Source: Vibrio vulnificus CMCP6 (GTDB lineage: Bacteria > Pseudomonadota > Gammaproteobacteria > Enterobacterales > Vibrionaceae). Taken from it: a stretch of DNA of 32,000 nucleotides. Made by a program: the position numbers and the translations under genes. Within the stretch, counting starts at the first letter, position 1. The number at the start of each line of letters is the position of its first letter. The notes beneath the pieces are model-generated. The model searched no databases. It worked only from the letters and a program-made list of their open reading frames with translations, and was not told the origin of the DNA. Shown in pieces: positions 1 to 8,111 of the stretch. Location of the stretch: positions 120,001 through 152,000 of the forward strand of contig NC_004460.2 in the NCBI RefSeq assembly GCF_000039765.1, read 5' to 3'.

Positions 1-862
1 CTCGACAGGCAGTTGCTTGCGCCTCAAGCAAATACTTAAAGCGGAACAAAATATCTGACCGCTCGAACTGTACAGCAAGATCTTGATAGCGGTAATGGCT
101 CGAGCTGACTCGCTCGTGAATATCCTGCGCAATAAAGTAAATATTGAGGAAGCGGTCACTTGGCCCATCAATATGACCTCGTTTCGAACGGCTCAGCAAA
201 GTCTGTTTGCAGTTGTTGAGTGCATTAACAGTCCGAGCATTGAGGCTTGCAGCGTTAATGCGCATCGGTTGAGGCGTCATGTTGGTTACCGGATGGAAGA
301 GCTGTGCTTTTGCATCAAGATAGTTGGCCAACTGGTGAAAGACGTTGGCTAGGCTCTGTTGGACAGGCTGCATTGGCCAGAGGATTTGCCAAACCATCGA
401 CATAAAGTAGTACCATGCGGCGCCTGAGAGTAGCAGCAATGGTTGAAACCAAATATTGACACTTTGGTGTGCGCCGAGCATGGCATAGATTGCGATAAGC
501 AAAGAGCCAAAGGCGATGCTGGCGTATTTGGGGCCAACTGCGCCCAACATAATGAAGCCAAAGGTGGAAACAAAGAGCCCAATCGCAAAGAGCCATGGCG
601 TATTAAAGAGAAGCTCAATTGAAAACGCCGCGATAGCAAAACAGATAAACGTGAGCAACACGGCTTTAAGCCTGCCGCTAAAACTGTCATCACTTTCCGC
701 CAAAGCGGCGGCAATAACGCCGAGGATTAAAGGCGTGATCAAGGTATTTTGTTCGTAGTACCAAGCTGGTACCACAACACCGAGCAAAGTGATGAGGATC
801 AATACACTATAGCTAATGGTTTTATTGGCCCAAAAGTGACGAAGTTTGAAACGTAAGTTCAC
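1..862 (-). CDS. yccS: YccS/YhfK-type FUSC-family inner membrane protein, N-terminal part (runs off the left edge of the window)
   Basis: Absent from the ORF track because its stop lies outside the window. Hand translation of the reverse strand from GTG at 862 is open to base 1: VNLRFKLRHFWANKTISYSVLILITLLGVVVPAWYYEQNTLITPLILGVIAAALAES... ...FIAQDIHERVSSSHYRYQDLAVQFERSDILFRFKYLLEAQATACR. Membrane helices and the DIHERVSSSHYRY / SDxLFR motif are YccS-like. AGGA lies upstream of the GTG. Synteny with helD and mgsA is as in enterics. Confidence 0.9.
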   Translation of the reverse strand, partial: MNLRFKLRHFWANKTISYSVLILITLLGVVVPAWYYEQNTLITPLILGVIAAALAESDDSFSGRLKAVLLTFICFAIAAFSIELLFNTPWLFAIGLFVSTFGFIMLGAVGPKYASIAFGSLLIAIYAMLGAHQSVNIWFQPLLLLSGAAWYYFMSMVWQILWPMQPVQQSLANVFHQLANYLDAKAQLFHPVTNMTPQPMRINAASLNARTVNALNNCKQTLLSRSKRGHIDGPSDRFLNIYFIAQDIHERVSSSHYRYQDLAVQFERSDILFRFKYLLEAQATACR

Positions 863-1070
863 GGTTTTCCTGTGTAAATGAGCATGAACGAGTTACTCGG
901 CAGTGTAGCAGAAACCACCATTAACAATATGACTTGGACACATAAAAAGTTTTGCCTGCTTAGTATTTCTCCACTCGCTGCTGCTTGATAGGGATTAATG
1001 GCTACATTTTCCGGTTACAAAATGGTATAACCCTGAAACCCTTGATTTCAGAAGCAAGAGAAATGAATCC

Positions 1071-3143
1071 ATGCTGCTAACGGCCAATAAAACCGCCCAG
1101 TTTTTTATCCAAAAAGAGTATCACCATGTCGAATTGCAAGGTCAGTCTCTCCTCTTGGTATCGGTCGGAAGCGAGGAGCACATTCCATTCACGGTTTGGA
1201 ATGGTGAGATTCATGTAAAACGAGGCTTGTTTTGGGGGGCATTGCAGTTTTTTGCGCATCCGGTCGAAGGTAAGCAGCAGAGCTGGCTGGTACAAGGTCT
1301 TCCATGGCCAGAGTGCAAACAATTTGCTCGGAATGCAGTAGAACAATATCAACAGTGGCACGATCAGCAATGTCGCCAATTGAGTCAGTATTTGCCAATT
1401 TGGGAAGACGGGCTACACCGTTTAATCTATCTACCGGCTTATTTACCGCATTCAACCGTAGACACTTGGGTTCGTGATGTTCATGGTCAATTAAAAGAAA
1501 TGAACATGACACTTGATGAAGCGAAACAGCGACTGCCAGAGCGGGTGGCTGCGATGGAAAGCTGGCTACTTGATGGAGAGCAAGCGATTCAACAGCGCAA
1601 TTTGTCTTGGCTTGAACAGGAAAGGCAAAATTGGGAAGTGTTGTTCAATCAAATCGAATCTTCGCCGCTCAATGTTTCTCAGCAACATGCGGTGTTGCTG
1701 AATGATGATCACAATCTCGTCTTGGCTGGGGCCGGTTCAGGGAAAACCAGCGTATTGACCGCTCGGGTGGCGTATTTATTACAAAGCCATCAAGCGACAG
1801 ATGAACAAATGCTGTTGTTGGCGTTTGGTCGTGATGCGGCTCAGGAGCTGAAACAGCGCTTAGTGGATAAAATAGGGCTTGCCGCGCAAAACACCAGTGT
1901 GTCTACCTTCCATCAGTTAGGCTTGTCGATCATTCACCAAGTGGAAAGTAAGCCTGTAGAGATTTCCCCCATCGCTTTGGATGACAAACTGCGTCAAGCA
2001 TGGTGCGTGGATTGGCTGAAAAAACATTGGATGACCCCAACCAACTTCAAACGTTGGCAAAAACATTTAACCAAATGGCCGATTGCCTACCTCACAGGGG
2101 ATGATGAGTTGGGCAGCCAATCAGAAAACCCCAAGCTGATTGCTTGGCTGGACAGGCAACTGACTCAATTTGCGTCACTGGGTTTTAGTAAGAAAGAGAT
2201 CCAAGAGCGATTGGTGGAACTGCCTGATTACACGCGCTTAAACAGCGAACTGTCACTGTGCTGGCCGTGCTTCAGCGCATGGCAAAAAATGCTGAAAGAG
2301 ACAGAGCAGATCGATTTTCCAACCATGATCAGTCGTGCAACGAAATACGTCAAAGAAGGGAAGTTTGTCTCTCCTTGGCGTTTCATTATGGTAGACGAAT
2401 ATCAGGACATTTCACCCGATCGGCTGGCTTTGGTTGAAGCGCTCTGCGAAACAACCCATAAGCAGCCAGGAGCCTCTCTTTTCGCCGTCGGTGATGACTG
2501 GCAGGCGATTTATCAGTTTGCTGGCGCGGATGTTGATTTAACCACGGGCTTCCAGCAGCGTTTTGAGCACTCAACGGTGCATCACCTTGATACCACTTAT
2601 CGTTTTAATAACATGATTGGAGAGGTGGCAAACCGATTTATTCAGGCGAATCCACGACAACTGGTGAAAACGCTGCAGAGTTACAAACAGCAGAAACAAA
2701 AAGCAGTACACACAGCGCCAAGTAACTCGGTGGAAAAGATCCTCGACCAGTTAGATAGAAAGTCGGACAAGCAGAAATCAGTGCTACTGCTTGGTCGTAA
2801 TCACTATCACAAACCGGACCTTTATGATGATTGGGTAAAACGCTTCAAAAACCTGTCACTCAACTTTATGACTTGCCACGCCAGTAAGGGCAAAGAAGCG
2901 GATTACGTGATTATTCTTTGCGTTGACGAAGGCCAATTTCCAGCCAAGAAAAAGCAGCTGCATGTTGATGGAGCACTAACTCAATCTTCAGACACCTTTG
3001 CGTACGCCGATGAGAGACGCTTGTTTTATGTGGCGTTAACTCGCGCCAAAGAGAAAGTTTGGATCACACACAGTGGTGCAGGCTCCGGATTTGTTCAGGA
3101 GCTGTTGGAAAACGACTACCCAGTGGTGAAACACAACAGCTAG
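1071..3143 (+). CDS. helD: DNA helicase IV (UvrD/Rep superfamily 1)
   Basis: 690 aa; Walker A VLAGAGSGKTSVLTARVAYLL; Walker B-like FIMVDEYQDISPDRLAL; VGDDWQAIYQFAGAD; VALTRAKEKVWIT. Length and synteny match HelD. Confidence 0.95.
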   Translation: MLLTANKTAQFFIQKEYHHVELQGQSLLLVSVGSEEHIPFTVWNGEIHVKRGLFWGALQFFAHPVEGKQQSWLVQGLPWPECKQFARNAVEQYQQWHDQQCRQLSQYLPIWEDGLHRLIYLPAYLPHSTVDTWVRDVHGQLKEMNMTLDEAKQRLPERVAAMESWLLDGEQAIQQRNLSWLEQERQNWEVLFNQIESSPLNVSQQHAVLLNDDHNLVLAGAGSGKTSVLTARVAYLLQSHQATDEQMLLLAFGRDAAQELKQRLVDKIGLAAQNTSVSTFHQLGLSIIHQVESKPVEISPIALDDKLRQAWCVDWLKKHWMTPTNFKRWQKHLTKWPIAYLTGDDELGSQSENPKLIAWLDRQLTQFASLGFSKKEIQERLVELPDYTRLNSELSLCWPCFSAWQKMLKETEQIDFPTMISRATKYVKEGKFVSPWRFIMVDEYQDISPDRLALVEALCETTHKQPGASLFAVGDDWQAIYQFAGADVDLTTGFQQRFEHSTVHHLDTTYRFNNMIGEVANRFIQANPRQLVKTLQSYKQQKQKAVHTAPSNSVEKILDQLDRKSDKQKSVLLLGRNHYHKPDLYDDWVKRFKNLSLNFMTCHASKGKEADYVIILCVDEGQFPAKKKQLHVDGALTQSSDTFAYADERRLFYVALTRAKEKVWITHSGAGSGFVQELLENDYPVVKHNS

Positions 3144-3186
3144 ATAAGTATGGTCGCTGAGGTAAACTCAGCACGAAAGAACAAAT

Positions 3187-3219
3187 AAAAATGCCAGCAA
3201 CTCAGTTGCTGGCATTTTT
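3187..3219. terminator. Rho-independent terminator, likely bidirectional, between convergent helD and mgsA
   Basis: Perfect 15-bp stem AAAAATGCCAGCAAC / GTTGCTGGCATTTTT with TCA loop and flanking A/T tracts. Confidence 0.9.
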
Positions 3220-3271
3220 GTTGTCATTCCTAAACCACCGCTTTTAGCGGTTGAGGCACTAGAAAGAAGAA

Positions 3272-3730
3272 TTAGGTGCGACCTGCCAAATAGGCTTGGT
3301 AATCAGGGATTTCGACATCAACTTCTTCATTCAATAATGGCGATTCAAAAAGGAACTTTGCCGTTGCACGGTTGGTTGCCACTGGAATATTCCACACACT
3401 GGCAATGCGCAGTAGCGCTTTTACATCCGGATCATGTGGTACCGCATTCAGTGGGTCCCAGAAGAAAATCAGCATATCGATTTTGCCTTCTGAGATTAAA
3501 GCACCAAGCTGTTGATCACCACCCATTGGGCCGCTGATCATACTTTTAATCGCAAGCCCGGTTTCACGACTAAGCATGTGGCCAGTTGTCCCCGTGGCAT
3601 ACAAGAAGTGGCTCTGCAATTTTTCTTTGTTCTCTTTTACCCAGCGTAGCAGCTCAGGCTTATAGTTATCGTGTGCAACCAATGCAATGTGTTTATGCGC
3701 TGGCATCGTGCGAGTTGTTTTTTGCATCAA
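3272..3730 (-). CDS. mgsA: Methylglyoxal synthase
   Basis: 152 aa; [80 protein letters not shown] are diagnostic. Confidence 0.97.
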   Translation of the reverse strand: MMQKTTRTMPAHKHIALVAHDNYKPELLRWVKENKEKLQSHFLYATGTTGHMLSRETGLAIKSMISGPMGGDQQLGALISEGKIDMLIFFWDPLNAVPHDPDVKALLRIASVWNIPVATNRATAKFLFESPLLNEEVDVEIPDYQAYLAGRT

Positions 3731-3783
3731 ATGTTTCCGTTATGGTTACCTGATTCGGTTCGAAAATAATTAAGCATAAATCG

Positions 3784-4797
3784 TCACTGAGATTCAACTG
3801 CTTTGACGTCAAAAATTGGCCTGTATTCGGATGGCGATAAAGAGTCTTCAATAGTTGAGAAGTTCAGCGTGTTTGGGGTTAGTGGCTCAATGGTTGGTGA
3901 GCTGTGAATCTGATATGGCTTATGACGTAAATAGTTGACCGCTTGATCCACCGATAAGCGCCCTTGCAGTACCATTTGGTCTGTTGGAGCAAACTCAATT
4001 TTATTGCGTAATAGGCCACGATAAATGCCATGGCTGAGGTAAGTAGAAATCAAGCCAATCTGGCCGGTTTTATTGGCACTACGTAATTCGCTGATCGCCG
4101 CTTCCATTGCCACTGCGCTGCCAACGAGGTAATCAACATCGGGTGTGTCGATCGCTTGTTGTACTAAGTTACGTTGTAGCTCTTTGTCGTTATCCGCCCA
4201 GAAACTCTCCATGATATGGATATCACTGCCCTTGATGGCATCTCTAAAACCTTTATCGACGGGCTTGGTGCCGCCACTGCTTTTCGGGCCTAACAGTAAT
4301 ACGACATTTTTGATTCCTGAGCCAGCAGGATGTTTCTGTGCCAAGTAGTGACCCGCTTGATGACCCATCCAATACCAATCCACACCGACGGTGCCTTTCA
4401 GATTCTTACTTTGCGTTTCATTGAGCACCAATTGGTTTACGGTTGCGAAAATGGGAATGCTGCCCGTCCACTGTTGCAAGTTTTCGTTAAACGCCATGGG
4501 GTCAACGGTACCAAGCAAGATAGCATCTGCACCCCATTTGCTGCATAGCATCAGTTGTTGCTGCTGCTTGGCAGTGTTTGGGTAGCCTCCCGCTTCTAAC
4601 ACGCGTAGATTGACCTTTTGCTTCTCCGCTTCAGACACCATGCCGTAATTGACAGAAAGCCAGTACGAGTCTTTTAAATGTGGATAAATCGCACAGAGTT
4701 TTTCCGCCGCATAAACAGGGGTAGAAAATAGGATTGGAAGGGAAAGTGGTAAAGTTTTGCGCAAACAGTGCAAAAAAGTGTGCTTAGTCTTTAACAT
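3784..4797 (-). CDS. torT: TMAO reductase system periplasmic binding protein TorT
   Basis: ORF is open to 4866, but MLKTKHTFLHCLRKTLPLSLPILFSTPVYAAEK at 4797 looks like the true start with signal peptide. Periplasmic-binding-protein fold motifs (CSKWGADAILLGTVDP, IGLISTYLSHGIYRGLLRNKIEFAPTDQMVLQGRLSVDQAV). Divergent to a TorS-like kinase. Confidence 0.9.
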   Translation of the reverse strand: MLKTKHTFLHCLRKTLPLSLPILFSTPVYAAEKLCAIYPHLKDSYWLSVNYGMVSEAEKQKVNLRVLEAGGYPNTAKQQQQLMLCSKWGADAILLGTVDPMAFNENLQQWTGSIPIFATVNQLVLNETQSKNLKGTVGVDWYWMGHQAGHYLAQKHPAGSGIKNVVLLLGPKSSGGTKPVDKGFRDAIKGSDIHIMESFWADNDKELQRNLVQQAIDTPDVDYLVGSAVAMEAAISELRSANKTGQIGLISTYLSHGIYRGLLRNKIEFAPTDQMVLQGRLSVDQAVNYLRHKPYQIHSSPTIEPLTPNTLNFSTIEDSLSPSEYRPIFDVKAVESQ

Positions 4798-4907
4798 GCA
4801 GCAAGGTTCATTGGCATCGTTGGAAGTTACGTAGCAGAATATAGCGTATTCTCCCCGGCGAACCAATGCTGATCTGCTGTTTGCCGTTGTGTAAGGTTAA
4901 GAAAAAT

Positions 4908-7820
4908 ATGTTATTAGCAACAGCGAGTATCGGCCGGAAGTTGTTACTCTCGTTCATCGCCATGGCAATGTTGGTGATGTTATCGGCGTTAATTGGCGTC
5001 TCGGGCTTTTCGTTCGTGGCAAAAACAGAGCGCAATGTCGTTGATACGGCTATTCCCGCTATGATTGAAGCAAGACAAGTCTCTGAACTCAGCTCGCGTA
5101 TCATTGCATCGGTCCAAACCTTATCAAACGCCAAAAATGAAGAAGAGCGAAAACAGTCAGGGAAAGAGCTTTTTTCTCAGTTGGAGTCGCTACTTTCGCA
5201 TATTAAAGCGCTTGGCGGTGGAGAGTCGTTTGATCCGCTATTGTTAGAGCGCCTCGAAACTCATGTGCAAAGTGTGATCGATAACTTGGCCGACTTGGGC
5301 GTATCGGTGGAGAAAAAACTGTGGTTAGCAAAAGAGATTGATAGCCGAGTTGAAGAGATGCGCCTACTCAGTGAAGAGCTTGAACAATTGACGCGCACTC
5401 AAGTGCTCAATACCAGCACCATTGCGGTTGCAAATGTGACACATATCTATGACTTATTGGAGTCAAACAAAATTCCTCAAGCTTACCAAGCACTTGATGC
5501 CTTGGTGGAAGTTGACCTTGATCTTTCCGAGCGCTTGCATGAACTGCATCTGCTCGCATTCAAAATGCTCAACCAGATCGAAGAAGCACGTACACTCACC
5601 AATATTGAGCGTATCCAAGATGTGCGTAATGAGTTTGATGCCAACCTCAAAATTATGGTTCGTCGAGTTCAAGCGGTGGAAGATCCTACTCGCTCTGCGC
5701 AAATGTCCAGCTTACTTACCGAGTTGGGCAAGCGCCAAGTCGTGTTTAACATCCTCGGGCAACAATACCAAAACAACCTAGAATCTCAGAAGCTCATGCA
5801 GCAAAACCTCGCGCTCTTTTCTGAGCTCAACGGTACCGTTAATAAGCTTGTGGACGACTCAAATCAGACAACAACAAAAGCCGTCTCAGAGTTAACTCGC
5901 ACACTGAACTTAGCGCAGCTCATTCTAACGGTGATTTCACTCGCTGGCCTGATCGTCGCCATCGTGATTGTTTGGCGAGTGGTTTATGTTTCAGTGGTGA
6001 CGCGTTTAACGGAATACTCAGCGGCGTTGTTGCAAGTGGCTCAGGGCAATCTCGATATTGAGCTTCAAGTTCGGGGCAATGACGAGCTGGCGCATATGGG
6101 GCAGGCGATCATCACAGCAAGGAACACGGCTCAAGCACTGAAAATCGTTGCAGAAGGGGAAGCCAAAGCGAAAAAAGAGCTTCAAGAGCATAAAGAACAC
6201 TTAGAAGAGCTCGTTACTGAGCGCACGCGTCAGCTACAACTGACCAATGAGAAACTCAATCACGAAGTGCTCAATCACGCCAAAGCGCGTTCACTAGCAG
6301 AACAAGCAAACCGAGCGAAATCGGCATTTTTGGCCACGATGAGCCATGAAATTCGCACGCCAATGAACGGCGTACTTGGTACCGCTCGCTTGCTGATGGA
6401 CTCCGGACTGAATCCGTTGCAGAAGCGTTATGCCGATATCATCAATCGCAGTGGTAAAAATCTCCTGGCTATTTTGAATGATGTTTTGGATTACTCCAAA
6501 ATTGAAGCCGGGCATCTTGAGATTAGAGAGTCCGCCTTCGAGTTGCATCAAATGGTGGAAGACACTTTCCAACTGATGCAAAGCCGCGCCGCAGAGAAAT
6601 CACTGACTTTCTCTTACCATATCGAGAGTGATGTTAACCATTATTGGCGTGGCGATGTTACGCGCATCAGTCAAGTGCTCAACAATCTTGTTGGTAATGC
6701 GATTAAATTTACTCACCAAGGTGCGGTGGATATTTACGTTAGCCTCGATCTCGAACAGGAGAATGTGGTTCAGTTTGAAGTCACTGACACGGGCATCGGC
6801 ATTGCCCAACAAGAGCAGGCGACCCTTTTCGACGCCTTTACTCAAGCCAGTGGCGGACAAAAAGCCGCGGGTGGTACAGGGTTGGGTTTGGCGATCAGTC
6901 GCCGTATCATTCAAGCCATGGGTGGGCAGATGGAAATGGCGTCGGAAGAGGGCGAAGGCAGTCGTTTTTGGTTCACTGTGCCTCTGACGCCTTGCGACGC
7001 CGTTGAGCCCGTTGTTTGCCCGCTCGAAACCGAAAACCGACAAGCGACGATCCTATTGGTCGAAGACAACGCTGTGAATCGCATTGTTGCGGAAGGGTTT
7101 CTCAGCAGCTTGGGCCATACCGTAGTAATGGCGGAAGATGGTGCGGAAGCACAAATGTTGTTTGAGCAGCAGTTATTTGATATTGCGTTGGTTGATATCA
7201 ATCTGCCTGATTGTAATGGCACGGATTTGATCCAACGTTTAAAGCAGCAAGAGTATTCAAGTGAGAGAAAAACACCTATGGTTGCGGTTTCTGCTCATGT
7301 ATTTAATGAGGAAGTGGAGAGCTATTTAGCCTCAGGGTTTGATGGTTTCCTTGCAAAACCACTGGAAAAAGAAGCGCTTTCAGCGCTGATTCAAAAAATG
7401 TTAGAAGGAAAAGTTCTGGTGTGCGTAGAAAGTGAAGCAACGGTAGTGAGCAGTGATGCTTGCTCAAGCATTGCTCAATCTAAAAATAGCAACCTGATGG
7501 ATCCTCAAGTGGTGCTTTCCGATATGGAGGTGCTTGGTGCTGACAAAATGCGACAAATAATCGAACTGTTCAAAAGCAGCAGCGATGAAATTCTTCAAGC
7601 CTTAGTGAGCGCTGCCAATGAGGCGAATGAAGCGCAAGTTAAAGGGCTAGCCCACAAACTTAAAGGCAGTGCAGGCAGTTTGGGTCTAAATAAGTTAATG
7701 ACGTTGTGCAAAACAATTGAAACCCACTCTTCACCAACGAGTCTCTATCTCAACGAAAAAGAAGCGTTGGAAGAGTGTGTTGAGCTAAGTTATCATGCAC
7801 TGAAGAACTTGGTTCAATAG
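4908..7820 (+). CDS. torS: TorS-type hybrid sensor histidine kinase (TM sensor, HAMP, HisKA, HATPase, receiver, HPt)
   Basis: Likely start MLLATASIGRKLLLSFIAMAMLVML at 4908 (ORF open from 4866). H-box FLATMSHEIRTPMNGVLG; G boxes GTGLGLAISRR; receiver ILLVEDNAVNR...IALVDINLPDCNG; HPt LAHKLKGSAGSLGLNKL. Adjacent to torT. Confidence 0.92.
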   Translation: MLLATASIGRKLLLSFIAMAMLVMLSALIGVSGFSFVAKTERNVVDTAIPAMIEARQVSELSSRIIASVQTLSNAKNEEERKQSGKELFSQLESLLSHIKALGGGESFDPLLLERLETHVQSVIDNLADLGVSVEKKLWLAKEIDSRVEEMRLLSEELEQLTRTQVLNTSTIAVANVTHIYDLLESNKIPQAYQALDALVEVDLDLSERLHELHLLAFKMLNQIEEARTLTNIERIQDVRNEFDANLKIMVRRVQAVEDPTRSAQMSSLLTELGKRQVVFNILGQQYQNNLESQKLMQQNLALFSELNGTVNKLVDDSNQTTTKAVSELTRTLNLAQLILTVISLAGLIVAIVIVWRVVYVSVVTRLTEYSAALLQVAQGNLDIELQVRGNDELAHMGQAIITARNTAQALKIVAEGEAKAKKELQEHKEHLEELVTERTRQLQLTNEKLNHEVLNHAKARSLAEQANRAKSAFLATMSHEIRTPMNGVLGTARLLMDSGLNPLQKRYADIINRSGKNLLAILNDVLDYSKIEAGHLEIRESAFELHQMVEDTFQLMQSRAAEKSLTFSYHIESDVNHYWRGDVTRISQVLNNLVGNAIKFTHQGAVDIYVSLDLEQENVVQFEVTDTGIGIAQQEQATLFDAFTQASGGQKAAGGTGLGLAISRRIIQAMGGQMEMASEEGEGSRFWFTVPLTPCDAVEPVVCPLETENRQATILLVEDNAVNRIVAEGFLSSLGHTVVMAEDGAEAQMLFEQQLFDIALVDINLPDCNGTDLIQRLKQQEYSSERKTPMVAVSAHVFNEEVESYLASGFDGFLAKPLEKEALSALIQKMLEGKVLVCVESEATVVSSDACSSIAQSKNSNLMDPQVVLSDMEVLGADKMRQIIELFKSSSDEILQALVSAANEANEAQVKGLAHKLKGSAGSLGLNKLMTLCKTIETHSSPTSLYLNEKEALEECVELSYHALKNLVQ

Positions 7821-7852
7821 CGTTTTCTAAGCAGCAACCGACCAAAAAGAAA

Positions 7853-7880
7853 GCCTCCGTTAATCAACGGAGGCTTTTTT
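7853..7880 (+). terminator. Rho-independent terminator downstream of torS
   Basis: 9-bp stem GCCTCCGTT/AACGGAGGC, loop AATC, followed by TTTTTT. Confidence 0.9.
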
Positions 7881-7899
7881 ATGCCCGATATTTGCCCAG

Positions 7900-8085
7900 T
7901 TAGTTGTCACTGTCCCAATCAAATTGGGTATCCAGCGCGTTAGGGTCGTCATCAAATGGATGCTCAACACGCCCTCTTAGGCGTTCTAATTTGCTCTCTA
8001 ACATGTTCACGGTGTCATAATCACCTTCAGAACAAGCGACGTAAATTTGTTGCTCCAGAGCTTCGATTCTATCTCGGATACTCAT
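7900..8085 (-). CDS. Small acidic helical protein of unknown function
   Basis: 61 aa MSIRDRIEALEQQIYVACSEGDYDTVNMLESKLERLRGRVEHPFDDDPNALDTQFDWDSDN; GGAGG-like RBS just upstream of the ATG (revcomp AAAGGAGGTTCCCATG); 26 bp downstream of cti on the same strand. Confidence 0.75.
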   Translation of the reverse strand: MSIRDRIEALEQQIYVACSEGDYDTVNMLESKLERLRGRVEHPFDDDPNALDTQFDWDSDN

Positions 8086-8111
8086 GGGAACCTCCTTTAC
8101 GTTAGGTTGTG

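Noticed and set aside
83-758. ORFs 83..352 (+), 315..596 (-), 349..714 (-), 516..758 (+)
   Set aside because: Shadow frames over the genuine yccS reading frame (862 down to 1, minus), which is missing from the track only because it runs off the edge.
4866-4907. Overlapping divergent starts of torT and torS as given in the ORF track
   Set aside because: Signal/TM-appropriate starts at 4797 and 4908 leave a normal intergenic promoter region of about 110 bp.
6600-7043. 147-aa minus-strand ORF (and 6628..6987 +)
   Set aside because: Antisense or out-of-frame to torS kinase-domain coding; composition is a by-product of the coding frame, with no RBS or domain.
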